From the NCBI GenBank assembly GCA_964035545.1, contig OZ037771.1, positions 5,675,190-5,739,189 of the forward strand: a DNA stretch of 64,000 nucleotides. The letters run 5' to 3'. The stretch is from Bugula neritina. Lineage: Eukaryota; Animalia; Bryozoa. Positions within the stretch are counted from its first letter, which is position 1, and every line of letters begins with the position of its first letter. Under the pieces are notes generated by a model, which worked only from the letters and a program-made list of their open reading frames with translations, was not told the origin of the DNA and ran no database searches. The translations under genes and the position numbers were made by a program. Positions 37,733 to 51,679 of the stretch are shown here, piece after piece.

Positions 37733-40700
37733 ATGCTGACTATTGGCTGGATTATGCTTGGCATGGCAGTGCTTGCTGCCGCTGAAAACACTTTGTGTCC
37801 AGATGGAGACTATACGTCTGCAACTGTCCCTACTAGTGGTAAGGAAAAATATTTAAAAATACTTTATGTAAAGGTATAACTTGCAGCAAAATAATATAAG
37901 CATAGCTAATTATATGTTGCTATAATATTATGGTTTCATTTAATATCTAAGCAACTGCAAAGTGTAGGTAAGTTACCAAACACATTAATGAATGAAAGCT
38001 AGATGTTCCAATAATTACCATATTCAACTAAAAATGTTTTCCTACTTACAAAGACACAAAATCTAAAATTTGAAATCTTTATATATTTTAATCTTCCAGT
38101 AAACTAATTTATTTGAATACCTAACTAAAAGAATAGTTTTAAAAATGAGCCTTGTTTACTTTGTTTTAGTTCATAAGTTGAAAGTTGGAGATATAAAGGT
38201 GGTGGCAGGAATGGGTGACTCTGGTACAGCAGCTAATGGAGCTGAATCTACTGAGCTATTTGATATCATGACTCAATATAGAGGCAGATCTTTCAGGTAT
38301 GTTTTTAAATGCCACATTCTCACTGAAAAAAAATTCATTTAGTTTTATTCATGTATTTTCTAAGCACTATAATTATACTGACTATTGCACTGCTGTACAG
38401 CTTTAGCTATGGTTTAAAGGATGTATCCTCTGATTTTGTAGCGCTGGGGGTGCTTCTTCCTACAAGGATGGCCTAAAAACTCTGCCGAGTGAGTATTTAA
38501 TTATTGCTCTCATTAACCAAAATCTTTAAATATTCATTTATTTTCATTCAGTCAAATATTATTCCCCATTAATAATTTATTAATATTGCAAAAAGTTTAA
38601 TTACAATTGAAATGGCTGCTTTTGAGTCATTGTAATTATTTTTACTATATTATATTATATGCCCTTAGCAGTAGCTGAATATACAACTTGAGGCTATGTA
38701 ATACCAACATAAGACTTTATAATGCAGACATGAATATTTGTATTATTTATTAAATATTATAAGTAAGGTAATCAAAACATTTTAAGCAGTTATTTAGTAT
38801 GGTTGAGCTTCTATTACTTACCAAGTTAATCATTGGTATAGCTAAACATAATTCGAACATAAATTTTGGTACTTGTAAAGGTGTCATTTTATTCCAACAA
38901 TTTTCAGTAAAACTAGAAAATAGTACAAGTTTGGATGAGATAGATTATTTAACACTGGGTACTTTTTTGGCAAAACTGTAAACAAACTGTCACTCACAAA
39001 TATCAAAGAACTGGATAAGGTTACAAAAAGTGTTGATCATTACTATCGATACTATATACAGTATACATAATCTTACTACAATTGTAGCACAATCAGCATA
39101 TGATAAAAAAAATTTGTTTGATGTTAATGTTTTTGTGATTTATAGATATTCTCAGACTGTTTAACCCTCGTCTCCGTGGATACTCAACTGGGGTGGGTGA
39201 TGAGAACTCTCCCACAGCCAACCTGAACGTTGCGCAGTTTGGTGCTCTTTCTAGGTAGAGTCTCTCGAACAATGTTTCCCCTTCAAAAAGTTAATGTGAA
39301 TTTAGGCAAAAACATTGAATTAGGCATTAATTGGTTTTTATTTATCAAATGTTATATTAGGCACAAACAGAGCAAGTCCTGCAACAATGTAAATCAAGTA
39401 AAGCGATTTTTGGCCGACTAAAATTTTCATAAAGCTATTACCATTTTCAGTAAATTGTGAAAATATGAAACTAAATATTAAGGTAATTAGAAATATCAGA
39501 GGGCGTTTTTATAAGGTCACCCTTGATTTGTATGCATATATTTCATAAGATGATATATAAGTTAAACAGTATAATTCTATTTCAACAAAATATTTTTATT
39601 ACAAATTTTTCTATAAACTTGCCTACTAAAACATATCAAAATAGCTAAATGGAAAAAAAGCATTAAGCATGAAGCTAAAACTATTTCTACCATATTATGT
39701 TCAAGTCAAATGAAACTTCAAGCTGAACTTCTTATCAAGAGAATGAAAGCTGATCCTAAAATAAATATTGACGAAGATTGGAAGATGGTAACCTTGCTCA
39801 CTGGGGGTAATGACATCTGTCGTGCCTGTGGAAATGTGGTAAGTGCTGAATTTCATTCAAACTATATTTTCCAATATTGTCAGCTCTCTCACGCACACAA
39901 GTTTATATTCTCTGTAAGAAAGCTCTGCTAGAAAAGCTAAAGATTTATTCATATATGTGGCACAAGAGCAATCATGGCTAAATGCTCTTTCTTTGTTGGA
40001 GCTCGAACCCATGACTTGGTGTTTGCAAAGCCAAACACTCTAACACCTAGACCAAGGCCGCTATTTTACAGTTTTCAACTTTTAATATCTTGTTTTGCAT
40101 TCAACATTTATTTATTTATCCTTTCTGTTATAAATAACTCATTTCCCTTTTAACTGAAAAGGAACTATTTTTTTAAAAGAGAAAACAAATATTGCTTAAA
40201 TTATCATTGTTTTCGTAGTCTCTCTATCCAGCCTCTATGTTCCGGGCTAACATTGAAGCAGCCCTCGATGTCCTGCAAGAAGGGTCACCTAGAACCATAG
40301 TTAATTTGCTGGAGGTATTCGACATCACAAGTCTGATGAAGGTTATGCCTTTTCAACCACGCTGCCAGGAAGCTATGAAGTCAGTACCTTAGTACCTGAT
40401 AATTCATATTCTAAAATTCAATAATTGTGTGCAATATATAAAGTTTGTGAGTATATGAGTATATTTGCAATTTATTCTCTTCAGAATTAAACTCTGCCCA
40501 TGTCCACCTGGCTCAGATGGCTCAGAGTTGTCTGCTCTATCCAAGGAATATCAAAGAGCTCTGGTAAATCTTATCAACACCGGGAAGTACAACAGGAAAC
40601 CAGATTTCACAGTCGTAATACAACCCTTTCTTGGCAATGTTCCAACCACTGAAGTAAGAATTTATTTTCATTTAATAACACTTTTTTCAAATTGAAATTC

Positions 40701-41520
40701 AATAGCCTTGAGCAAAAACTCACAACATTTTTCATGTATTATGACATTTCGTGAATTTTTAGACTGGTGAACCTGATATGTCTTTTTTCACCCCTGACTG
40801 CTTCCACCTGAGTACCAAAGGACACAGTGCTGCTGGAGTTTCCCTCTGGAATACTATGGTTAGTTTAGTATCTTCAGCATGCTTTCATACTGCAAATCAT
40901 AGCAACAGCAAGTAGTAATATGCAGAGCATAGCAATAAATCGTAGTTATTATATATGTGTGTGTGTGCGTGCGTGCATATATATTATCATATTACAATAT
41001 TATATTATTACAATGTATTACAGCTCCGACGTAAGTCTAAGAAACACAGAGCTTTTAATCATCCGGAACAGCCCATGTGTCCAACAGTAAGTTGTGCTGC
41101 TAACTTTTTAGTATCAAATAGTTTACCAAACTAATTAGTTTAATGTTCCATAAAACGATTAAGACTAGATTCGACCTGTGAAAAGCCTTTATATTTTTAA
41201 AACAATAAATTATAATATCTTATATATTAACATATGTATATCCTATGCACTATACAACAAACTATATCTAATAGTAGCACATTTGTATTCTATAGTACAC
41301 TATAAAATCCTATATATTACTATGTTTGTAATACACTATATAATAATATTCTACGTAATATTAACATTTATATATTAACATGATTATATTAACTATATAA
41401 CAGTATCTTATATATTAGCATGTTTGCGTTGTATACACTATATATAACTATAATCTCCAACTTATTAGAATGTGTGTGTTTCAGACAAGGTATATTCCAA
41501 CACAAGTGAACTATTCATAA
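37733..41520 (+). CDS. Phospholipase B1-like single-domain GDSL/SGNH lipase, copy B (~348 aa, secreted; canonical active site)
   Basis: Exons 37733-37838, 38170-38296, 38442-38488, 39146-39254, 39706-39838, 40219-40379, 40485-40653, 40763-40858, 41024-41086, 41485-41520 (1047 nt). Blocks: GDSGT (Ser), NVAQFGA (Gly), TGGND (Asn), PDCFH (Asp/His). Confidence 0.93.
39948..40063 (-). mobile_element. tRNA-derived SINE (family 1), internally deleted
   Basis: GAGCTCGAACCCATGAC…CTCTAACACCTAGACCAAGGCCGCT matches the head of 272-450. Confidence 0.7.
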
Positions 41521-42435
41521 CCTCTGCTTCACACTCTCTACGGAATAGTGACAGTGTCTCAAGTAGCATGTTGTACTGATGCAAGACTTTTAGTGAGTTT
41601 GCTGTAAAGAACTAAATTTATCATAATAAAATCTAAGAAATATATGAAACTTTTGTTTACATTTGAAGGATGATTTTATACTCTAATTTAAAGGTTTGGC
41701 AGAGATTATAAATGATTGCGACATAATTCCATTTTACTTTTTAAAGAAACTGTGTGCAAATTTGTTTTTAATTTCGCCAACTATTACAATTTTATATACT
41801 AGCTCATACTATAATATGTAATTCTTTGGCATTCATATTGAAGTAAAAGTTATGTTGATTATCTTTTACAGTTGAACTTAAGTTAAGGTTGCATAACTAA
41901 TGGTTTTTTGGGGATTAAATTGGTGTTTTTACAAATTAATTATCTCAGCATTGTATGAATAAACAAAATAGGTGTTCACTTGAGACCTATGAAAACATAA
42001 AAAAATAAAACACTAGTCGTTGTAGAAGACTAATTATTTTGATATGTACAAGAAAACAAAGTTACATTCCTACACATGCACATAAGAATATCACTAAACC
42101 TACACTCAACATCATGTGTGCAGAAGACACCATGTGCTAATACAAAAAGGATCATGTTATGCAGATACAATTCATGTATACAAATTTTATAAGCATTAGT
42201 GATATTTGTTAATGCATTCCAGAAAATATTTGCAAAGAAATAAAATTACCAGTGCTTGAAATAATATATAAAACATGCATTTTCTCACAACTGCATGCTG
42301 CTACAGTTTTGTACATTACATACTGACTCTATGTTGTATTATACATGTGATTGAGATAGGTTACTTACTGTCTAGCCTTTTCTGTACATAAAATCAAAAC
42401 TTGTGAGTTGTGACTAGTCAACAGATGTACATGTT

Positions 42436-42604
42436 TGTAAAGGTTTTTTTGGTTAAATTGGATTGAGGACTTATTCAGATGAAGCACAAACGCAATTGTA
42501 ACTAGATATTCTTCCTAACATCACCAGTGCCCTTTGTGAGGGTATGAAATCATGATTTTGTGATTGTTAAGCAAACCCTGTAACCCCTAGACCACGGCTG
42601 CTCT
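42436..42604 (-). mobile_element. tRNA-derived SINE (family 1)
   Basis: CTTCCTAACATCACCAGTG…AACCCCTAGACCACGGCTGCTC matches 272-450. Confidence 0.75.
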
Positions 42605-42989
42605 TGCAAATATTTACACATAACAAAGGATAGTTATGGGTGTACCAGAGTTTGCATAAAATTAAATGTATACTTGATTCAATGTTTTTCAATAACTTTG
42701 GCTTGGCCACAAACATCGTTAAGGAACAAAATTAATTTTTATTGAATTTTCATTATTATTGTTTTTATAATGTTGGTAATGTACAGAAAGAATTTCAATT
42801 TGTGATTTTGTTGCAGTATATTTTGTATTTTCATTAAATTCATTGTTGATAATAGATACAATAATTCAACTAATTGATAATGATGAAAAATACAATTACT
42901 TGTGTCTAGTATCCAAATGAGCCAGTAGTTTTAGTTGTTTAAAGTTACCAGAATGTGTTTTATATTGTTCTGCATCTGGCAGGTGGTTC

Positions 42990-45900
42990 TCAACTTGAAA
43001 ACTGTGAGAAAAACAACAGCAACAAGGACGACCATACAATAAAGACATATTGTGAGCTCTTCAAGTTGATGCCAGCACTGGTTGTGGTTGGTTTTGGAGT
43101 TGTAGTTATAAGATCCACCATATTAATACCATCCAAGCCTGTGCACGCATAGCTAATTCGAGTTGGTACATATTCAGTCTAAAACATACATAAAAACACC
43201 AGATATAGAGAAATAAAATATAAGTTAGTTAATTACATCAGCTCTATCTTTAAACTATTTACAAAAATAGCTAATGAATGTAAAGAGTTTACAGAATTGT
43301 TTTGTTTAGAAAACAAATTATTATAGTTTGTGAAAATGCAAGTACTGCTCTTAGATCATTTTTGCATTTAGGTTTTGAAATTGGCATGATTCTGTTATAT
43401 TAACTACTTAAAACTACTATTTTTATGGTATATAGCTACTAATCAAGCTTTTGAAAACAAAGAGTTGCATTACTAGTTTTATATGACCTGAAGTTTTTAA
43501 TTTGTAAATCTGATCAAATTCTACTTAACTTTAGCACATTGAAGTTACAAAATATTATTTATGATTCATTGGAAAACCGCTAAAGAACTGTGATATACAT
43601 ATATATATATATATATCTTTCTGCACCTCATACAATATTAGTTTTTAAAGTGTCTTACAGTATTAAGAATTTCGTACTGGTTAACAAAACCGTGAGCAAA
43701 AATGTCAAAGGTCAAAGTATTTTTTTATACTTACAACTGGACATCTAGGAAAGTCTCTAAAGTCAATTTCCTTTGACTGCATACAGGAAGGCATCAACTG
43801 CAATATAATTCAAAATCTTTGTCATACTAAAACAGCCCGCGTAAAAATTACTCTTGATTGTAAGCCAGGCTTTTAAACTGGTTTTTTAATACAGTAAAAG
43901 AGGGATTACATAACTGAATTCCCTTCCTAACATGACTAATAGTTTTAACTAAAATTACAACTTCTGACCTTGTGTTTTGACTGAGCCAGTTCTCAAGCCA
44001 CTAGACCACAGAAAGGTAAGACTAGCATAAATAGTATTTGAAGCAATACTCGTAGACTTGAAATATTTTATTATTATTTTATAACAGCTAGTACCATATT
44101 TAGATTTTTGCATAGTTACAAAAGCAAATATTTAGTATTTGATATACCAAGCTGTTCCAGAGTGCAACGCCAAACTCAAACTGCCCTCTCATTCCCAAGT
44201 TGAAACAGTCAGCTGAAAAATATCGTGCATCCGCTACTCCGTCCTGAAAGCACAAAAACAATAGTTGCTAAATTAGAACACCAATTCTCAGTACTAAATA
44301 AAGCAACGCAATACAAAAACAATCATAATGTTTCAGCTTTCTTTTAATTTTTGTTTTCACAAAAATGTTGTTTTTAAATTTGGACTGTTATATTATTTCA
44401 TTATTTAGGCAGTAATGATATTACAATAACATTGAGGTATTCCATTATATAGTGGGTCTTTGAAACATTGCCTTGCTTGTTATTCTTTGTTGCTGCAACA
44501 TTTAAATTAATCATCAAGCAAAATTATTTTTGTTCAGAAACACAGACTATACGCATGCTGATTATTGAGAAAAAAAATTAAACTACCAAACTAGAAGTAT
44601 TAGAAGTCAAAGTTGAAATGCCCACTTGTTTAAATACTTCAAATAAATAATGTAAGTCAGCAATAATAACTCTATAGTCTGTGCAATAGATGACATGAAA
44701 GTATATATTATATTATATTATATTTTATATCATATATCATATACTTTCGCTCTTATAGAAACTTTACACAAGCAGTAGACAATTTACACTACATTCCTTT
44801 TTGATTTCTCTATTTGATTATAGGTAAAGCAAAAAAACTCAAAAGTTAAAAAGCTGACTGTAGCTGAAATACTTAGCTTCACGAATTGTATTAGTAACTT
44901 GTAATTTGCTAAAATATAATACTAGTATATTTCAAAATAAAAGCTGTATTAACTTGTAACAGATACCGAGTTAAGGGGTGCCTTGAACTTGTTGAGAAAT
45001 TTATGAATCTTTACAGTAAAGTTTTGTTTAACATCATAAGCTTCAGAATAGACAAGGCTTTTAATGGCATTTCTGTATTCGTCGATCAAAGCTGGCTTTG
45101 CAGGTTTTTTACATATGCAACCATTAGACCTGTAAATAAATAAGAACTAAATTTACTTTTAGATGAAGTATATTTTTTTAAAATATTTGTCTAAAAACTG
45201 CTTTTCCATTCAAATAATCCTTGTCTCAATATACCCTGTAACACATGCACATTTATAGCTGCAACTACTTTATATAGAAGTAAGCTTATATTAGGTAGGA
45301 CAAGACTACAATAAAGCCAAGCAGCAAGTTAAACTTTATCCAGGTTGACGTAGCACCATACAAAGTGGTTGCAAAAGCTAAACCTAAAGAAATCTTTTAG
45401 TAACAAATTTGTACAAAAATGAAATGATTTCTTCCTTGATATCTCGTAGATGTGCACATCTATATAAACGCTTTTTTGTAGAAACAAAATCATATTATGC
45501 TAACAAAACAATGATAGAGTCAAGTAACAAATAGATTTGATCTAGAATAGAGCAAATTGGTATTGTAGATACATGAATGGTTAGTGAAATCTGTGTTGAT
45601 ATAGCTAGATGATAAATTCCCTAAACTCAAACTACTAGAAATGTGAGTGGTGATATAACTTACTTGAGTTTACTTATACAGTGAGGGTTGCTCTTCATTT
45701 GATTCATCATATCATAAGCATCAAATGGTTCTATCAAGTTCACCATTGTCATTGGCAAGTTCTTAAGGAGCAGATCAAGGGCTGCCTTAATGTTGGCCTT
45801 GTATTTTGGTGCGGAATATTTATGCTATAATTATAAAATACAATCTGAAACTGAAAAGTTTAGGCAGTTTAGATATTTATAAAATATATGTTTTAAAAGC

Positions 45901-47690
45901 AGCACAGGCTTTAGCAATAGTTATTAAAGTTTATTATTATAGCAGCACTTTTACTCTATAGATAGTCATTAGTCCTGTAGCCTTACGAAATTCTTTTTTC
46001 AAAATTTTGGCAAAAAGTAGTTTTGCTAAATGTCCATACTTACGCTAGTTTGCAACTTTTTTACTAGTACAAGCTTTTCATCTCATAGTTTTACCTAAAA
46101 CCCAGTTAGCTACTGGAGACAACCCAGTAGTCATTTTAAATATTCTTATATAGCTTTCAACTTAGCATAAAATGTCTTGTTTGGCTAAATAAGAAATATC
46201 AAATAGCATTTCTCTTTTTTAAATAAAATATATTCATCAGCAATTTATGATTGTCAGGCAGAGGCATAAAACATATTTTCCAGCTTAAAGCTGTATAATC
46301 AAGTTATTGTTTGAAATTGTGCGACTGCGTTCAATATTTTAATTAAATCATTATAAGCTACATCTACTTTATTATCTCAGAACTGTACTCCACCTTAATA
46401 GTTACTTATTTCGATTATATCAATAATTTATACTAATGTAAGCAATGAATCAGTGTATTACAGGAAGCTTAATCTAATACTATTTATGTTAAACATTATT
46501 TAGCATGATGATTTTAAATCAGGATGCGTGTATATACTGCAAATTAAGTCATTCGTTTAGTATGGAAAACAGCTTGCAAAAATTATCAGGTGTAAAAAGT
46601 ACTCTGCTAAAGTTGCTTCTTTTGAGCTGTCTGCTTATTAAAGGTATACATAATAATAATACAGCTAACCACAGATACCAAAACTTTCCAGGGTATTAAT
46701 GATTGTGTGTATTCTAAAAAGCCAGACAAGAGTATGTCATTAAATTTTGTTGAGAGCTCATAAGTCTATCTAGATACAAACAGTTGCAGGTTTTAAGCGG
46801 CAGGTTAAAGCAGTAAATTAAAGTAGATTAAACTTACCTGATCTGTGCAAGAATTGCAGAGGTCATATGTGCCCACCAGAATTGTGACCAACTTCCAATC
46901 TTTTGCAAAGTCTATTTTTGGATTCTTTTTTATCAAATCAATAATTTTTTTAGCTTGTCCTACCATGTCACTACAAATATTAAACAAAAATGCTAAGATA
47001 TTGAATAACATCGGCACTGTGTGGACTTTTTAGATAACAGATGTCAACACTGTTATACAATTTCAGTTTTCAAGCACTTATAATTCTCTTTAATATTTGC
47101 AGAACTGCTGTTACTATTATTTTTGCAATTAGAAACTTCAAGTAAATACATAGTGTTGCAATTATTATAGCCACAACAATTTTTTTAGCATTGCCAAGCA
47201 AAACACTACATACAATTCAATGACAACACAAAGTTATATAATAGCCAATAAAAAAGTTTCCTTGTCTCATTAACCTCAAATAACTTAGGAATATTTTCGA
47301 ATGTGGTGTGCCAACACTGACTAGTATTTGTCTGACCTTAAAGCAGATAAAAGTAGTAATATTCTGTTGTGAGAATCATAACTGTTATGCACATCATGTT
47401 TGATAAATAAGCAAAATTGTTTTGAAGTCAGTTTAGATACATCATTATTATGTCGGTAGTTGGTCAACAAAGTTGTTTTTATTTACTGCAGACCTGCATT
47501 AAATATGCTAAAATCAAAATATAATTAGATGTGCTTGTGCACTTTATAGCGTAAAATTGAGTTTCACAGTTTGCTAATTTATTATACGATAGCTCGTGAA
47601 ATATTACGGTATTTACAGTGTATATACATAATTGAATCTATTATTCATACAACATGAAATACACACACAAAAATTTACCACATATATACC

Positions 47691-47727
<37 letters not shown>

Positions 47728-49069
47728 CCACATATATACCACATATATACCACATATATACCACATAATATAGCAATTATTATTTATTACCTGGAAACAG
47801 AATATCTTTCAGCCACATTCAAGTTGGCTTTAGATTTACTGGGGTCAGATGAGATAGCTACACTGAACCCTTGCAAGGAAGGGTTAAATAGACTCAATAA
47901 ATCTGCAATAATTAATTATATTATTACTTCAACTTCAAAGGGACACTTCAGTATGTTATGTCGTCAATTTTATTTATTAATCATAAACTAATTAAGTTTT
48001 ATGAAACTTTGAACAATTGCTCCGGTTGCAATTTATTCCACAAGTGCTATTTTTCATAAACAAAAGAGTATAACTTTACTAATTCTAGCTACAGCTTGTA
48101 GCATAAAATTAATGAAGAAAATAATTTTTAGAAAACAAGGTTAAACATCGAATAAATACTAGTACTTACTGGGTAAATTCATAGTTCCTTGGTGGTAAGT
48201 GGAATGGCCCCCACCACTATAACAAGCAAATCATTGATAATTAAGTTACGAGATGAAATTTTATTCACTTTAAAAAGTCCATATCGATTATTAAGAACTA
48301 AGTTATACAGCAGCTCACCTGAACGAATAGGCTTTAAACTCCTTTGCCATATCTTCTAGCTCTATTGCACCGGCTCCATTGGCAGCAGTAAAAGAATCAC
48401 CCATGGCAGCCACTACTTTGATGTCTCCAACCTTCAATCTATGAACTGAAATACAGACATGTTATAGTTCTTAGTTAAAACTATGTTAAAAATAAAGGCG
48501 CTGAAAACAATCTTTTTTATGGTGACAATAATGCTAGCTTACAACTCGTATAATATACATGTTTGTTGAAAATTAAATCTATGCGCTTGTGCTAAATCTG
48601 TATCTGATAATATTATTATCAAACTGTAACACTTCAAGCAGCTAAAGACATGAAACTATATACAAATTCAAAAGATTTACAGAATTAAATGCTTTTTATA
48701 TTTTGTCTTTTACTTACAACACCAAGGAAAAATTTATGTAATTGTTGTCTCATAAACGGATATGTGGAACTGCTGATGAATTTTGCATTTAAATTTTTGC
48801 AACTTCGTTTATTGAAGAATAACAACACAGGTACGTGTGATTTGAATAACTTTTTTATTGCTAAGTGTTTGTGTACTATAAATAGTTTCAGTACATTAGT
48901 TAACAGTTTGGGATTATGTTATAAGAAAAGTTTAGAGTTTATACTAACCACTAATGGGGGTTTTGTCTTGGACAAAAGTTCCTGGACAAATAATGTTTCT
49001 GCTCCCAGAAACTCCCAATACCATTATTTGGATACATACGAGTAACGTGAATGTCCATGAATACTCCAT
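42990..49069 (-). CDS. Phospholipase B1-like single-domain GDSL/SGNH protein, copy C (~403 aa; catalytic His replaced by Asn; putative GPI anchor)
   Basis: Exons 48949-49069, 48319-48445, 48170-48216, 47791-47902, 46838-46970, 45664-45824, 44967-45129, 44148-44243, 43735-43797, 42990-43178 (1212 nt). Signal peptide MEYSWTFTLLVCIQIMVLGVSG. Motifs GDSFT, NVAERYS, VGTYD, SADCFN. C-terminus TTTPKPTTTSAGINLKSSQYVFIVWSSLLLLFFSQFSS*. Confidence 0.92.
43880..44010 (-). mobile_element. Degenerate tRNA-derived SINE (family 1)
   Basis: Remnant motifs CTTCCTAACATGAC…GCCACTAGACCAC. Confidence 0.5.
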
Positions 49070-50289
49070 ATCTAAAAGAAAACAAGGAAACAATTGAACC
49101 ATTTTAATTGATTTACATGCAAGCTAAAGCCTCACAACTGCCATATCTACAATTGCTTTGTTATACAGTAGAATTTATGAAAAAAACAGCATTAGTAATG
49201 CCAATGAACTGTTTGAAACAAACAATAAACCTATATAATTAGTAAGCTTGATATATACTCTATATAGATAGAACTTGTTACACTGATATATCCTGAAACA
49301 TAAAATTTGGAAACTATTCAGTCATAATTACATTTTAGAAAAGTAATTTTTGCTAAATGATTTAATTTTTTTTGATAAATCACCATGGTATATGTCGAAT
49401 AAATTATTTTAAATCTCCATCAGAATTTTTGAAGTATAGTGTCTATTTTTTTCCATAGTAATTTAAATAGAAAAAATGAAGTATTTAAATCTAATTTAAA
49501 ATTATTGTATTTTGAATAAGTGTGTTTTAATAACAATAGAAATAGCGTGTTTTTATAATGGTTTGAATTGCAAATTTTTTATTCATGTAGTTGAGTGAAA
49601 TAATAGCTTTTAAGCCAACTGATGCTTAGATTATCTTGTAAAGTAATTATTATAAATATTGTAAAATTGATATAGTTTTATGCAAACAACAGCATATTTA
49701 ATGCTTTTAAAAAAGTTGTTATAAAAACATATGTATATATAAAATATCCCCTGCTGTAGTAAATGTTTTACAGTTTAAATATTTTGCAAATGATTCAATT
49801 GTCAAAATAATGCCTACGGCTATGATTAAATTTTCTATCTTACCCTTGCTTTGCTAGCAGCTGTCTCAAACTGAAGAGCGTGTATTCTATACAGCAGGTT
49901 GCTGTAAGCTTACTGTGCAATAGGGCAGGTCGTCATAGAATATATAGCTATCATATCTTTAGTCCCACCTACTGAGCCTTAATTGAAGAAATGGTAATCA
50001 CATATATAGCAGTGTGCAGGAATACCGGTAAACTGCTTTAATAAAATATATATGCACATGGTGAAGTTGACAGTTTTCTTATTAACTATTACTTTATTAA
50101 TCAGTGCATTGTTTACATATTTATATTTTTATGTTGCCAGACGCATTGACTAATGTTTTATATATATATCTTTCTAGTAAAATCTAAAGCTTTCAACCTG
50201 GTTTTGAAGCATATAATTCAATGAAAAGTATAAGAAATACTAATACTAATATACTAATACTAATACTAATTACGGCTGCTATCTAACAA

Positions 50290-50920
50290 AGATCATCAGT
50301 TCAAACATTTAAATGCTTGTGAAGAAACTTGGTTAGCAAAATTCTTCATATTGGCTTTTGAATTATTTTCATTTCAGACTTAGAATAGCTTCATCTTTAT
50401 CTATCTAGGTAGCAACGTATTATAAAAGCAGATAGCCAGCAAACTGAGAAAGTAGTTCTTAGCAACAATGATTTACAATTGTAACCCCAGAACTGAAGGT
50501 ATAAAAAGCTATCATCATTCCAACACCATTCTATGTCTCAGAAGCTTGAAAAACTTACAGTACAGATATTAGGAAGCTGAAAGACTACCATATGAAGAAA
50601 TTACGAGGACAAACAACAGCGTGCACCAGAACAAAAAATACCAAGCCTATATCATTTTATTGACATTTGAAGAGACTTTGATGAGTCAGACATCTAGTTA
50701 GAATAGATAGCAAATGTATACCAAAGCAAGTCCTGTACAAGGAGCTGTAAAATAAAAGTCCCAAGATGGACAGATGAAGCGCTTTAAGAACTGTCTCGAA
50801 GATAGCATGAAGCGCTTCTATATCAGAACAGAAACCTGGGGATAGAATGTTGCCGGAAGAACCAGATGAAGATTTATGTTATATAGTATGTGCAGATTTC
50901 TAAAGATAAGATTCAGAGAC
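50290..50920 (+). mobile_element. Highly decayed RTE/BovB-type LINE 3' fragment
   Basis: Broken translation: IPKQVLYKEL…DGQMKRFKNCLEDSMKRFYI…TWG…AGRTR*R. This resembles the RTE C-terminal pattern LYxEL…GGQxKRFKDxLK…WE..A.DR..WR. Confidence 0.65.
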
Positions 50921-51679
50921 TGTGACAGCCAATAATTGTTATTGTGTCAGCAAGGATGTTGACTGGCAGGGATGCATATGCACAGCACGGATGTTGTATG
51001 CTGGTTGCACAGATGCACAGATGCAGGCCACAACTCTACCCTTTGCCTAATACCAAAAGTTTATTTCTCTCACAAAACTCAAACTTAAACAATTATTTGG
51101 ACAATAAATTTTAAGTTGCCTGCAACTATACCAAGAGGAAAAATTAAGCTATACAGACTCAAAAACTACCAGTAAAAATCTTATGAGAAAGCTCTCACAA
51201 AAAGCTTTCATCACACAATACTTTTCTTAAAGTTACAATTCAAAAAGCACCTGCAACAGAGACACATAGGAAAACTAAGAGCAAGACGTAAGGCTAGGCT
51301 AAGCTCAAAAGACACTCAAATAAATGATGACCTCTGATGCCAACACTGTGACTGTATATGCAGGTCATGACTAGATTCTGAGGTCACCAAGCAACACTAG
51401 AGTAATATACTAGTAGACGTTTCACTCTATTCAAAGATATAACAGTGAAAAGAGAGCTTTAACTTCTTATACCTACATTAGTTCTATTATTTTCATTCCC
51501 TCTAGAAATTGTAATTATAACTGGAGCCAATTTTTTACTTACTTTTTTGAAAAATACATTAAAGACACAAATATTGTGAATTGAAGTATCATTATTTGTG
51601 TAAACAAATAGAAGGAATAATGAACCTCTTTTAGCTGAAGATATTATATAACGTAACTAAGCGCAAAAAAACAAGATTA

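Noticed and set aside
29899-41520. Copies A and B as consecutive repeats of one multi-domain PLB1 gene
   Set aside because: Each has its own ATG, signal peptide and in-frame stop followed by AATAAA (about 34828 and 41626), so they are separate genes.
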